From the IMG/VR virus record IMGVR_UViG_3300045988_014803, positions 1 to 37,808 of that record: DNA of 37,808 bases; one strand, given 5' to 3'. Below the pieces are notes generated by a model. The model worked only from the letters and a program-made list of their open reading frames with translations, was not told the DNA's origin and searched no databases. This document shows positions 1-8,498 of the stretch, in pieces; position 1 is the first letter of the stretch, and every line of letters starts with the position of its first letter. Both the position numbers and the translations under genes were made by a program. Origin of the DNA: a virus.

Positions 1-99
1 ACTGCTTTTTTTATTTTCAATCAAGCGGAGGTAATTTTATGAGAAAAAAACTGCGAGTGGCAGGATATGCTCGTGTTTCAACAGATGAACAAAAAAAAT
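1..99 (+). repeat. Terminal overlap copy 1 (circular-assembly redundancy)
   Basis: Exact 99-nt match to 37710-37808. It contains the RBS and first 20 codons of the integrase gene. Confidence 0.9.
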
Positions 100-1373
100 A
101 TGGCTACTCAATACAGGCCCAAGCTGAAGAAATAACGCAATGGTGCAGCGACAATGATCATGACCTAATACATATCTACATTGACGAAGGATTCTCAGCA
201 AGCACCATGAAACGCCCGCAACTGCAATCCATGCTTTCAAACCTGAAGAATCTTGATGCCATAGCTTTCACACGCCTTGACCGCCTGTCACGTAACGTCC
301 TTGAAGCTAACAAGATGCTTGAACTTCTTCAACAGAATGACGTTGCCATGATTTCCATTTGTGAGGACGATATAAACACGTCCACTGCAAATGGCTTGTT
401 CATGTTCAACCTAAAAGTCAACCTTGCAGAACATGAATTAAAAAAAGGCTCTGAACGCATCAAAGCCGTATTTGAGTACAAGATTGCACAAGGCCAACCT
501 ATCACTGGTAATGTTCCTTTTGGCTACAGGATTGCCACGGAAAACGGCAATAAACGCATTGCAATTGATGAATCTAAAGCACCAATAGTTAAAGATATTT
601 TCGAATCATTTCTCCTGCATCAATCAGTACATTATACAGTTGAATACGTCAACAAGAAATACGGACTGTCTAGACCTTACATGTCCTATATGCACATTCT
701 TAAAAATGAATTTTATGCAGGATCATACCGTGGAAATTCCAATTACGCCGAACCATACATCACGAAAGAAACATACAATGCCGTTCAGACCGCATTACAG
801 GCAAATATACGCACTGGAATACAACGCCATACATATTTATTCACTGGACTGTTAAGATGCCCAGAATGCCGTTCTAAACTGGTTGGAGTGAGCCATCCAA
901 AAGGTGGCAAGCGATATTATTACTATAGATGTAACAATGCACACTCGGTGCATACATGCACACACAAAAAGCACTATGCGGAACTTGCAACGGAAAAATA
1001 TCTGCTTTCTAATCTTGATACACTGCTTAAAGATCATATCGTCACAATATCCAATGCAACATCCGAAACTCATAACACAACCGAAAAGGAATTAAAAGAA
1101 CTAAGAAAAGAGCTTGATAATCTGAATTATATCTTCATCAAGAAACGTATGCCTGTAAGTACCTATGAACGTCTGTACGCTGAGACAGAAGATAAAATAA
1201 AAAGGCTTGAATCTTTCAAACCTAAAAGCACCGATCATCTTAACCAATTTTTGAACAGTGGTTGGCGCTCAATATATGATAATCTAACACGTGAGAACAA
1301 GCGCACACTGTGGCGAAATGTCCTTGATTCTGTCCACGTTTCCCCTGATGGAATAGAAGTTTTCTTCAAGTAA
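39..1373 (+). CDS. int: Large serine recombinase (integrase)
   Basis: N-terminal resolvase-type catalytic motif VAGYARVSTDEQ. Recombinase domain, Cys-rich zinc ribbon (CPECRSK...YYYYRCN...HTCTH) and C-terminal coiled coil. GGAGGT RBS upstream. Confidence 0.92.
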   Translation: MRKKLRVAGYARVSTDEQKKYGYSIQAQAEEITQWCSDNDHDLIHIYIDEGFSASTMKRPQLQSMLSNLKNLDAIAFTRLDRLSRNVLEANKMLELLQQNDVAMISICEDDINTSTANGLFMFNLKVNLAEHELKKGSERIKAVFEYKIAQGQPITGNVPFGYRIATENGNKRIAIDESKAPIVKDIFESFLLHQSVHYTVEYVNKKYGLSRPYMSYMHILKNEFYAGSYRGNSNYAEPYITKETYNAVQTALQANIRTGIQRHTYLFTGLLRCPECRSKLVGVSHPKGGKRYYYYRCNNAHSVHTCTHKKHYAELATEKYLLSNLDTLLKDHIVTISNATSETHNTTEKELKELRKELDNLNYIFIKKRMPVSTYERLYAETEDKIKRLESFKPKSTDHLNQFLNSGWRSIYDNLTRENKRTLWRNVLDSVHVSPDGIEVFFK

Positions 1374-1413
1374 AAAGCAGACATTTCTGTCTGCCATTTA
1401 CTAGGAGAAATTT

Positions 1414-1503
1414 ATGCCCCAATGTCAACAAAGCCCACCTATAATATACATCAATCAATCACCGAATGCAAACGGTGATTTTTTCTTTACTAACATGGTT
1501 TAA
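1414..1503 (+). CDS. Hypothetical 29-aa ORF reading into the candidate attP
   Basis: AGGAGA RBS 5 nt upstream of the ATG. Peptide MPQCQQSPPIIYINQSPNANGDFFFTNMV. No similarity recognised; very short. Confidence 0.2.
   Translation: MPQCQQSPPIIYINQSPNANGDFFFTNMV
1460..1484 (+). terminator. Putative rho-independent terminator downstream of int
   Basis: Hairpin CACCG-aatgcaaa-CGGTG followed by ATTTTTT. Confidence 0.4.
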
Positions 1504-1530
1504 CCTGTAGGCTATGACAAGTTAGTATAG
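1485..1530. other. Candidate attP core for the serine integrase
   Basis: 46-bp imperfect inverted repeat. TACTAAC at 1488-1494 pairs with GTTAGTA at 1521-1527; arms match 14/20. It is centred on the GT dinucleotide at 1507-1508, in the gap between int and the convergent tail operon. Confidence 0.35.
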
Positions 1531-1542
1531 AATTTTTTGCAT

Positions 1543-1577
1543 AAAAAAACAGCCCGCCGAAAACCTCCGGCGGGCTG
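1543..1577 (-). terminator. Rho-independent terminator of the late (tail) operon
   Basis: Perfect 10-bp GC-rich stem CAGCCCGCCG/CGGCGGGCTG with an 8-nt loop. It is followed on the minus strand by T7 (A7 at 1543-1549 on plus). Confidence 0.85.
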
Positions 1578-1632
1578 AGAAAGGATACAGTGAACATGAA
1601 AACACTGCACTCATAGTATACCATGATTTAAT

Positions 1633-3351
1633 TTAATAGCCAACAACTCTCGTGATAAAAATTGCATTTTCTGCCGAATATTCTGAACCGTTGTTTTTCA
1701 GAATAATCTGATAATTCTGACTGAATGTGATCATTGAACCCGACACATTCACAAGAGCAAACTTGGCATAGTCATAATCGGCAACATAATGAATCGCGCC
1801 TAAATGCACAAGTTTTCCGTTCGGGCTGAATACCTTGACACTTCCACAAGCATTATCACCAGACGATCTGTAAAAGATTTCAAGATAAGTATAATTTTCT
1901 GCACTGTCTGACAATGTGACCGTTCCTGCTGTTCCACTTGCACTGTTGTAAAGCACATTACCACTAATACACACGCCATTGACTTCAAGGCTTTTATCGT
2001 GTTTCGGGAAACAATTCACACCGAAGCTGTATTTCTTGATGTCAACATATGTGACCGGAATCCCCTTCGGAAGAATCAGATTGTAGGTTGTCTTTCCTAT
2101 CCTGTCGGAAACCTCAACCTGTACGTTCCACTCGTACTCGTTATCAGCAGTAAAATTCGTATCGGTGTTATTCTGGATTGTTGCATAACTTCCATATGAG
2201 CTGTCAGAAACCTTCTTTGTTCGATACCTGATTGTGACTGTATTCTTTCCGCCTATTGACGCATAGTTTGCATTTACGTTTAATACACTTTCTGAATAAT
2301 AGTTGCTCTTTCGGTTCAGCTTGATAATCGCACTCGGCAAGCTCCAATCATACACAAGAACCGTGATCTTTTTCTGGCCCACATTTCCCCTTGAATCAAC
2401 GATTTTGACGGTCACTTCCGTGTCGTATGATACATTTACCACACCAACATTTATAACGCCTGTAGAGCCTTTTAACGTGCCTGTATACGCATTACCATTT
2501 ACAACCGCTGTCAATGTTTTCAGCGTGGCACTGTTTAATGCCTGCGCATTGCTTACGCTGATTTTCAATGTCGAGTTATTCCTGATAATGTACTGATTAT
2601 CACCAGTGATTGCAACAGTTGCCGAATTTGAATCCTCATATGAAGTATCAAGTGTCGGATTAGAATTTACAACGTGCGCAATAATGGCACAGCTTGATGT
2701 TCCTATAACCGTGCTGCCACTATACGTTGTTACAGCAATTTCTCCGGTCATGCTATTGCTGTTTGGCATTTGTGCATAAAGATTAGATGCAATCCTGTCT
2801 GTATCAAGTGTAATATTATCTGTTACACCTGTGCCGATTGTATAGCTGTATGAACCCAACTTCAACACCACTGTATGCGTGAACACGGTTGACTTGCGAT
2901 TCATATGCACGACAATTGTATCACCTATATTAAAATCAGGAGAATTGTTCGGCCATGTATTCAAACTTGGCTGTGATGCTCTGCCAATATCGGGAAGACT
3001 CCAACTTCCAGAACCTTTGCAGTTTACGCTCGTAACATAAATTGCACATTCTGCATATGCGCTGAAACTCTTTGCACCGTTAGTATCGTGACCGATTGCA
3101 AGCTCACCAGATGCAACAACCGTTCCAGTGTATAACTTAATTCTAGTGTTTGATTGATAAACAACAGTGCCGTTTACAGTACACTTGAAAGGGCCTGCCA
3201 TGTACCAATAGCCTGACTTGATTCCTGCACCCTTCAACGTCCACGAAATGACAGACTGATTGTTTACGGTGCTTTGGCTTTTTAATGACCAATCAAACTG
3301 TAAACATGCACCATCATAAGCTGATGTTTTAAATGTTCCTGATGTAGCCAT
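1633..3351 (-). CDS. Tail-tip / host-specificity protein (DUF859-like N-terminus)
   Basis: 572 aa, last gene of the tail operon. N-terminus MATSGTFKTSAYDGACLQFDWSLKSQSTVNNQSVISWTLKG resembles siphovirus DUF859 family proteins. Beta-rich and Ser/Thr/Asn-rich. Confidence 0.6.
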   Translation of the reverse strand: MATSGTFKTSAYDGACLQFDWSLKSQSTVNNQSVISWTLKGAGIKSGYWYMAGPFKCTVNGTVVYQSNTRIKLYTGTVVASGELAIGHDTNGAKSFSAYAECAIYVTSVNCKGSGSWSLPDIGRASQPSLNTWPNNSPDFNIGDTIVVHMNRKSTVFTHTVVLKLGSYSYTIGTGVTDNITLDTDRIASNLYAQMPNSNSMTGEIAVTTYSGSTVIGTSSCAIIAHVVNSNPTLDTSYEDSNSATVAITGDNQYIIRNNSTLKISVSNAQALNSATLKTLTAVVNGNAYTGTLKGSTGVINVGVVNVSYDTEVTVKIVDSRGNVGQKKITVLVYDWSLPSAIIKLNRKSNYYSESVLNVNANYASIGGKNTVTIRYRTKKVSDSSYGSYATIQNNTDTNFTADNEYEWNVQVEVSDRIGKTTYNLILPKGIPVTYVDIKKYSFGVNCFPKHDKSLEVNGVCISGNVLYNSASGTAGTVTLSDSAENYTYLEIFYRSSGDNACGSVKVFSPNGKLVHLGAIHYVADYDYAKFALVNVSGSMITFSQNYQIILKNNGSEYSAENAIFITRVVGY

Positions 3352-3352
3352 A

Positions 3353-5014
3353 TCACACCCCCACTATACCGATGCCATCGTTTGTAACAGTATCGCCATC
3401 TTTTACTGTAATCGGGATAAACCTTGCTTTGTTGCACAACGTGATCTCTTCCTCAATAACAGATTTTTTTTGATGGAACTCGTCACCTGAAACCCAGAAT
3501 GTTTTAGCTCCAGTACGATCATATCCTGCAAAACCAACGTAATTATTGACCACCAAATATGATCCGTCAAGTCCATACATAATCAGCCCGTTTTTGTCCA
3601 GCTTTGCAATCAGATTATTCGCTTCATCGAATACCTCAATCTGTCCGTTCTGGTTAAGATTAGAACCAAGTTTCAATGTTCCTCCCTTAATCATGTCCGC
3701 AACTAAATTTATAACGTTGATATGTTGCATATTCAGCACATTATCAATCGTCCACGCGCTTTCAAAATCTCCATTTATGCCAGTGCTTGAAAATGCAATA
3801 CCGCCACTGTTGATCATAATAACGTGGTGAGCTTCTTCCTTTGGCAATGCGTCAACAACCAGAATCTTGTCACCTTCATAAACTACATACGAATTACCAA
3901 GCATTCCTAGAATTGTGTCCTGCGCATGTTGCATTGCATCTGAAAATACAACCTGTAAAGCTGAATTGTTCTGCTCTACGCTCTGCTGAATTGTTGAACT
4001 TACTGTTCCCATAAGGTCGGAAACCTTCTGCTGAAAATTCCCAAATTCAAGCTCCGTATACTTGCCTAGAATGCAATCATAATCATACGAAATAACATGC
4101 GTTGTAATGTCCACGCCCATAGGTTCATCAATGACTTCGATAGTATCTCCAATGTCTGTCAGTTTTTCAAGATTAGCCTTGAGTGTGTAATTCACTTTTG
4201 GCACGCAATTCTCGTCAACGTATGCCTGTCCCTGTTTTCTCAAATCCTCAATAAGTGCATTGTTATATGCTGTCTCATCAAGATGTCCTTCGGCATCCTT
4301 GTATAGGTCTTGGTCAACATTTTGGTTGAAAGATACAACTTTTGTAAATGGGATATCATACTGTGTCTTGCTGTAAAGATAAACCTCATCCAACATCAAT
4401 CCATCTTTTCCAACTGGCATAAGTTTTGTCACAACATTATCCCAGTTTGTTGTGCATGTCATTTCCTTCAGATTCTTTTTGTACCGCACAGTCACACCAT
4501 TATCGCGCCCGATATTACTCATGATTCCGAACCTGTAGTTGTCACGTACAAAGTGCCCACCCCAACGCTCCAGAACCGTACTAAAAGCGTCATACAGTGA
4601 TTTTCTCACGCACCTATATGAATCTACCATTGCAATATCAGAATACGTCTGAAATGGGCTAGGATTGTCTGTGGCGCTGTTCAGATGGTCCATCGCATCG
4701 TTGCAATTTTTATCGACCACATAGCTGTCTGCAATCACATAGTTTTGAGCATCATACGAAATGTGCTGAGCTTTTAATGTGATCTTGTGTTTTGTCTTTT
4801 CTGGATTCTTAATGCGGAAAGCCTGTGCACCTTGTGGAGTATCTGCAACGATAATCCTGTTTGCTGTCAAAAAATCAACATAAGAAATGTCCGCTTCAAC
4901 CGTCAAATAAAATTTGCCGTTATCTTCTTTATGAACTTTTGCTTTGAATGGCTGAATGACTGCATCACCGTTGCTTGAAAATTCTGTGTCTGTTGTTCCA
5001 AATAGTTTTATCAT
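3353..5014 (-). CDS. Tal-like tail protein (phage minor structural protein N-terminal / prophage tail endopeptidase family)
   Basis: 553 aa. N-terminus MIKLFGTTDTEFSSNGDAVIQPFKAKVHKEDNGKFYLTVEA...AQAFRIKNPEKT is typical of this family. Confidence 0.7.
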   Translation of the reverse strand: MIKLFGTTDTEFSSNGDAVIQPFKAKVHKEDNGKFYLTVEADISYVDFLTANRIIVADTPQGAQAFRIKNPEKTKHKITLKAQHISYDAQNYVIADSYVVDKNCNDAMDHLNSATDNPSPFQTYSDIAMVDSYRCVRKSLYDAFSTVLERWGGHFVRDNYRFGIMSNIGRDNGVTVRYKKNLKEMTCTTNWDNVVTKLMPVGKDGLMLDEVYLYSKTQYDIPFTKVVSFNQNVDQDLYKDAEGHLDETAYNNALIEDLRKQGQAYVDENCVPKVNYTLKANLEKLTDIGDTIEVIDEPMGVDITTHVISYDYDCILGKYTELEFGNFQQKVSDLMGTVSSTIQQSVEQNNSALQVVFSDAMQHAQDTILGMLGNSYVVYEGDKILVVDALPKEEAHHVIMINSGGIAFSSTGINGDFESAWTIDNVLNMQHINVINLVADMIKGGTLKLGSNLNQNGQIEVFDEANNLIAKLDKNGLIMYGLDGSYLVVNNYVGFAGYDRTGAKTFWVSGDEFHQKKSVIEEEITLCNKARFIPITVKDGDTVTNDGIGIVGV

Positions 5015-5040
5015 GTTTAACCTCTCACATATATAATACT

Positions 5041-5070
5041 AAAAAGGCGCTCATTGCGCCTGTTTTTTTT
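5041..5070. terminator. Hairpin terminator between the fibre cassette and the Tal-like gene
   Basis: AGGCGC-tcatt-GCGCCT flanked by A5 and T8. On the transcribed minus strand the U-tract is only 4-5 nt, so it is probably leaky. Confidence 0.5.
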
Positions 5071-5175
5071 CTACAACTGTGCCAACGCTTTTTCGACATC
5101 ATCGTGCCATCTCTTAGGCACTTCTTCAAGCGTCATGCGGTTCATCTGAATCTGTCTTACGTACCACTTTACCAT
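5071..5175 (-). CDS. XkdX-like small phage protein (34 aa)
   Basis: Not in the ORF track because it is under 60 aa. GGAGGTGA RBS 6 nt upstream. MVKWYVRQIQMNRMTLEEVPKRWHDDVEKALAQL resembles XkdX-family proteins found after fibre genes. Confidence 0.5.
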   Translation of the reverse strand: MVKWYVRQIQMNRMTLEEVPKRWHDDVEKALAQL

Positions 5176-5177
5176 GG

Positions 5178-5579
5178 TTATTCACCTCCTACAATTTCTG
5201 CAAGTGAAGCGATTGCTTCATTGATTGCTGTGATGTCAGCGGTGTTCTGCTCAGATGTATTCTGAAGTGTCTGAATCTCCTTTGTTGCTTCTACCACGGC
5301 ATCCCTTGTTGCTTTAACCTCGAAAATCACTTTAGTTGTGTTCTCTTTAGAATTAACTGAGATGCTGTCCCCGAGGCTGTAGCCTTTGGCTGTAAATACT
5401 GTTTCGCCTAGTTCGTTCAAAATTTTAACATCCGACACCTGATCTTGAGTCAAGGCATCTACCGTCTTTTGGTATCCCATATCAATTAATGTCAATGAAA
5501 CACCATCTTCGAGTGTACTAAATTCTTCAATATCTAGGTTCGTTCCATCTTTCAGGATTAATTTTTTATTTTCTTTCAT
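5178..5579 (-). CDS. Hypothetical fibre-module protein with C-terminal coiled coil
   Basis: 133-aa ORF tightly packed in the fibre cassette, with RBS GGAGGAAGCGA upstream. Confidence 0.6.
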   Translation of the reverse strand: MKENKKLILKDGTNLDIEEFSTLEDGVSLTLIDMGYQKTVDALTQDQVSDVKILNELGETVFTAKGYSLGDSISVNSKENTTKVIFEVKATRDAVVEATKEIQTLQNTSEQNTADITAINEAIASLAEIVGGE

Positions 5580-5591
5580 TTCGCTTCCTCC

Positions 5592-6068
5592 TTATGCTAT
5601 GCGTTTCCAAAAGTATACAGTGATATAAGGTTGTATGTTATTATGGAATCCATCTCCACCTGTGTTGCCAGTGTCCTCCCTACCAGAAACTATTACTCGG
5701 TCAGCAAATGCAGCTTGGCCACTTACTAATCCATAACCTTTTGCTTCAATGCTAGATACATATGTTCCTCTTGAGTGATGATGCAACGGCATTTCTGCTA
5801 CAGTTAATTTATGCTTATACTCGCCACCAGTGCTGCCTGCCGTAAAGTTCATACTCGTACTGCCATCATTACCAGTACCTTCACCGATTAAAGTTCGGCC
5901 TTGTCCAAATCTTTCCCATGTACCACCGAATGATGTATTTGGATTAAAGTTAGAGCTAATGCTTATGTAGACACTTCCAACTGGATAAGCCTGAAGCGGT
6001 CCAGGTATTTTAGCTTTTATCTTTCCCCAGAAGTATTTAAGTCCTGTTTTATCTAAATATTCAGCCAT
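5592..6068 (-). CDS. Tail-collar-domain fibre protein
   Basis: Motifs YPVGSVYIS...FGGTWERFGQGRTLIG...GGEYKHKLTVAEMPLHHH...HNNIQPYITVYFWKR are typical of the phage tail collar / MdpB-like domain. Confidence 0.7.
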   Translation of the reverse strand: MAEYLDKTGLKYFWGKIKAKIPGPLQAYPVGSVYISISSNFNPNTSFGGTWERFGQGRTLIGEGTGNDGSTSMNFTAGSTGGEYKHKLTVAEMPLHHHSRGTYVSSIEAKGYGLVSGQAAFADRVIVSGREDTGNTGGDGFHNNIQPYITVYFWKRIA

Positions 6069-6077
6069 GTTTCCTCC

Positions 6078-6665
6078 TTAACTAGCGACTATTAAGTCGA
6101 TTTCTGAATTGGTAATTGCCGAGACACTTGTTGTGCTCAGACTATCCAATTTGGCTTTATCATCTGAAGACATCAATCCGTTTGTCTTCTGTGTTGCAAT
6201 AGAATATGTCGTATCGGTAAACTTTGCACCTGCCGGAACATCAGCGCTAATCGTGTGTCCATCCACTTTACCGGACCAACCGTTTGGCGTAATAGCACCA
6301 ACTAATATTCCACTATTTTGTAAACCATTTTCATTTTTATAAAAGTTCCAAACCCCGCCGTATTCATGAAAATCACACATGTTGTGCCCTGCATAGCCAT
6401 AGTCAATAGCGTGATAGTATGTGTTGGCGTTTCCTTCACCACGAAATTTTTTACATCGAAAATAGCTTTCTTCAGCTTCGCCTGTTGAAAAATATTCGGC
6501 GTTAAGTCCACCTGTCATAGTATCACCGGTTTTCGCTACTGCGCCTATCTGACCGGCTGTAACTCCGTGTGGATTGTTTTTATTTCCTATATGGTTTCTG
6601 GCTGTAGAATCCTTGACCGTGTATGCTGTGCCATCTGGGAGTTTGATACTTGATATATCAGCCAT
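6078..6665 (-). CDS. Tail fibre protein (paralogue A)
   Basis: The N-terminus MADISSIKLPDGTAYTVKDSTAR is shared with the neighbouring gene. Gly/Thr-rich. Confidence 0.55.
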   Translation of the reverse strand: MADISSIKLPDGTAYTVKDSTARNHIGNKNNPHGVTAGQIGAVAKTGDTMTGGLNAEYFSTGEAEESYFRCKKFRGEGNANTYYHAIDYGYAGHNMCDFHEYGGVWNFYKNENGLQNSGILVGAITPNGWSGKVDGHTISADVPAGAKFTDTTYSIATQKTNGLMSSDDKAKLDSLSTTSVSAITNSEIDLIVAS

Positions 6666-6679
6666 TCAAACAACCCCCT

Positions 6680-7258
6680 TTATTTTGATGTTATCGTTGT
6701 GCTTGCGCCTGTAAACGCTGGTGCGGATGCACTAGCAGACTTAATGCCTGTGGCAACCGTTACCGCTGTTCCTTTTGTTGGCAATGACCCTGCTGAAAAT
6801 CCAAGTGTTAGAACCTCATTTGCAACCGATGCCGTGAAACTTGGTAATGTGCCTACACCACTGATAGGCGTAACACTCGCTGTATTTACAGCAACCGAAA
6901 CAGTCGGTGCAGAAACTGAACCTTTCGGTGTATATGATGCACTAGCAGAATCTTTGAATGCCAGTCCCTTAAGACTGCCTGTACTACCAAACTCGTGCCA
7001 CTTACTATCTGATGTAGACCACACAAATTCAAGCGACTCGTATATTACAACGTCACCGTTTGATGGCGTATAATCTGCATTATTTATCTTGATTGGTGAT
7101 GCGCTAGAGCCATCCGCAAGTGCCGTTGATGTAACTCCTGCGTAATGCATAGCACCTGTTGCAGAACCCTTTAGAATGCTAATGTCATGTCTTGCTGTTG
7201 CATCTTTAATGTCGTAAGTTGCTCCGCTAGGCAATGTGATTTCTGAAATATCTGCCAT
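6680..7258 (-). CDS. Tail fibre protein (paralogue B)
   Basis: The N-terminus MADISEITLPSGATYDIKDATAR is paralogous to 6078..6665. Ala/Ser/Thr-rich C-terminus. Confidence 0.55.
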   Translation of the reverse strand: MADISEITLPSGATYDIKDATARHDISILKGSATGAMHYAGVTSTALADGSSASPIKINNADYTPSNGDVVIYESLEFVWSTSDSKWHEFGSTGSLKGLAFKDSASASYTPKGSVSAPTVSVAVNTASVTPISGVGTLPSFTASVANEVLTLGFSAGSLPTKGTAVTVATGIKSASASAPAFTGASTTITSK

Positions 7259-7260
7259 AT

Positions 7261-7587
7261 TTAACCTCCTATAATCAGATTTCCTTCGCTAACAGTATAC
7301 GTTGTACCGCTGTTCCATTTCAACTTGTCTGTTAGTGTAACATGTATATCGCTGTTGCTTTCATGTTTATCAATTTTGCTGTTCAATACTGCATATTCTT
7401 TTTTTGCTTTGCTTGCGCTCTCAATGTCATAATCCTCAAGTGATTTGTTTCCCTTTACATCTACATTGTTGATTTTAGGGATATTTGTTAATCTGTTATA
7501 ATCGTCTGTTCCGACAACTGAAACGCTATCCATTTTTACAGTTAAACGATCGTCATCAGCAAGCATGATAATTTTGTAATCATCCAT
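7261..7587 (-). CDS. Fibre/baseplate-associated protein
   Basis: 108 aa. Carries the DYNRLTNIPKINNVDVKGNKSLEDY motif seen in Firmicutes phage fibre proteins. Confidence 0.5.
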   Translation of the reverse strand: MDDYKIIMLADDDRLTVKMDSVSVVGTDDYNRLTNIPKINNVDVKGNKSLEDYDIESASKAKKEYAVLNSKIDKHESNSDIHVTLTDKLKWNSGTTYTVSEGNLIIGG

Positions 7588-7590
7588 GCT

Positions 7591-7944
7591 TTACACCCCT
7601 TTTTCGGTATCGCACGCAAATGTGACTTCTTCCGTGATAATCAGCTTACCTATAAACGTCTGATGTATTTGGTCACCTCTGATAAGCTCAAGGTCATAAT
7701 AATAAGTCCCAAAATCAATGTAGTCTGTATCTTCCGGAAGAATTGAGAAAGAATATACATTCCCATCTTTAGTTATCGTTCCATCAGTCAGTTTTTTCTG
7801 GATGATAATTTTTCTCGACGATGTATTTTCTTTTACCGTAAAGGTGATTTGAGTGAATCCTTTGCTTACCTCTGCATCGTTTGCATCATGAACGGTAAAA
7901 TGAACATTTCTCAAGTCCCCTCTTGGCATCGTAATATGTTCCAT
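7591..7944 (-). CDS. Small beta-rich structural protein (paralogue of 8499..8843)
   Basis: 117 aa. Shares the pattern (K/R)GD...F.V....(P)EDT..I..G.Y.YD.(E/Q)(L/I) with 8499..8843. Confidence 0.5.
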   Translation of the reverse strand: MEHITMPRGDLRNVHFTVHDANDAEVSKGFTQITFTVKENTSSRKIIIQKKLTDGTITKDGNVYSFSILPEDTDYIDFGTYYYDLELIRGDQIHQTFIGKLIITEEVTFACDTEKGV

Positions 7945-7952
7945 GTTATCAC

Positions 7953-8483
7953 CTAATCTTTCGTAATAGAATCAATATCATCATTTAAAATAGATGAGAT
8001 TGGAGTAATATCATCCCACTCGTATTCGTAATCGGTGTTGCTTTTCTTTTTCAAAACCTGTCCTGCAATTCCTCCAGAAGGAATGCCGTCGCCTTTGTCT
8101 CCATTTGCACCATTTGTCACCGTGAAAGTTGACGTTGTACCGTCATTAAACCGGATTGTATAAGTGTCTACAAGTCCGCTTGTGCTAGTTTTTTCGATAC
8201 TTGAGATTCCTTTTCCGTTTGTGACAGAAAATGTTGACGTTGTACCATCATTAAACCGGATTGTGTAAGTGTCTGCAAGCCCACTTGTTCCTGCTTTACT
8301 GATACTTGAGATTCCTTTTCCGTTTGTGACAGAAAATGTTGACGTTGTGCCATCTGTCAGTGTGATTGTGTAAGTGTCTGCAAGCCCACTTGTGCTAGTT
8401 TTTTCGATTCCCTTGATGCTCTGTCCTTCCTGACCTTTCAGCATAATGATCTTACATACAGGTTTTGTAATGTATTCACCCAT
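7953..8483 (-). CDS. Repeat-containing fibre protein
   Basis: Three 35-aa tandem repeats (TSGLADTYTI.F.DGTTSTFSVTNGKGISSI). These are followed by a short GXY stretch (GANGDKGDG) and a GQVLKKKSNTDYEYEW motif. The ATG at 8483 has a GGGGG RBS; the ORF track starts at an upstream GTG (8492). Confidence 0.6.
   Translation of the reverse strand: MGEYITKPVCKIIMLKGQEGQSIKGIEKTSTSGLADTYTITLTDGTTSTFSVTNGKGISSISKAGTSGLADTYTIRFNDGTTSTFSVTNGKGISSIEKTSTSGLVDTYTIRFNDGTTSTFTVTNGANGDKGDGIPSGGIAGQVLKKKSNTDYEYEWDDITPISSILNDDIDSITKD
8116..8425. repeat. 3 x 105-bp tandem direct repeat inside the fibre gene
   Basis: Units begin at 8116, 8221 and 8326 (GT(C/G)AC(C/A)G(T/A)GAAA(G/A)TTGACGTTGT...). They are near-identical at the DNA level. 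Confidence 0.85.
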
Positions 8484-8498
8484 TTTATGCACCCCCTA

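Noticed and set aside
1-99. The 99-bp direct repeat at both window ends could be att sites or phage terminal repeats.
   Set aside because: It is exactly identical and begins mid-intergenic and ends mid-codon inside the integrase gene. That is the signature of an assembler overlap on a circular molecule. attL/attR would not duplicate the int start.
8168-8353. A 61-aa minus-strand ORF in an alternate frame of the fibre gene.
   Set aside because: It is created by the 105-bp tandem repeat, and its own sequence is just the repeat read out of frame.
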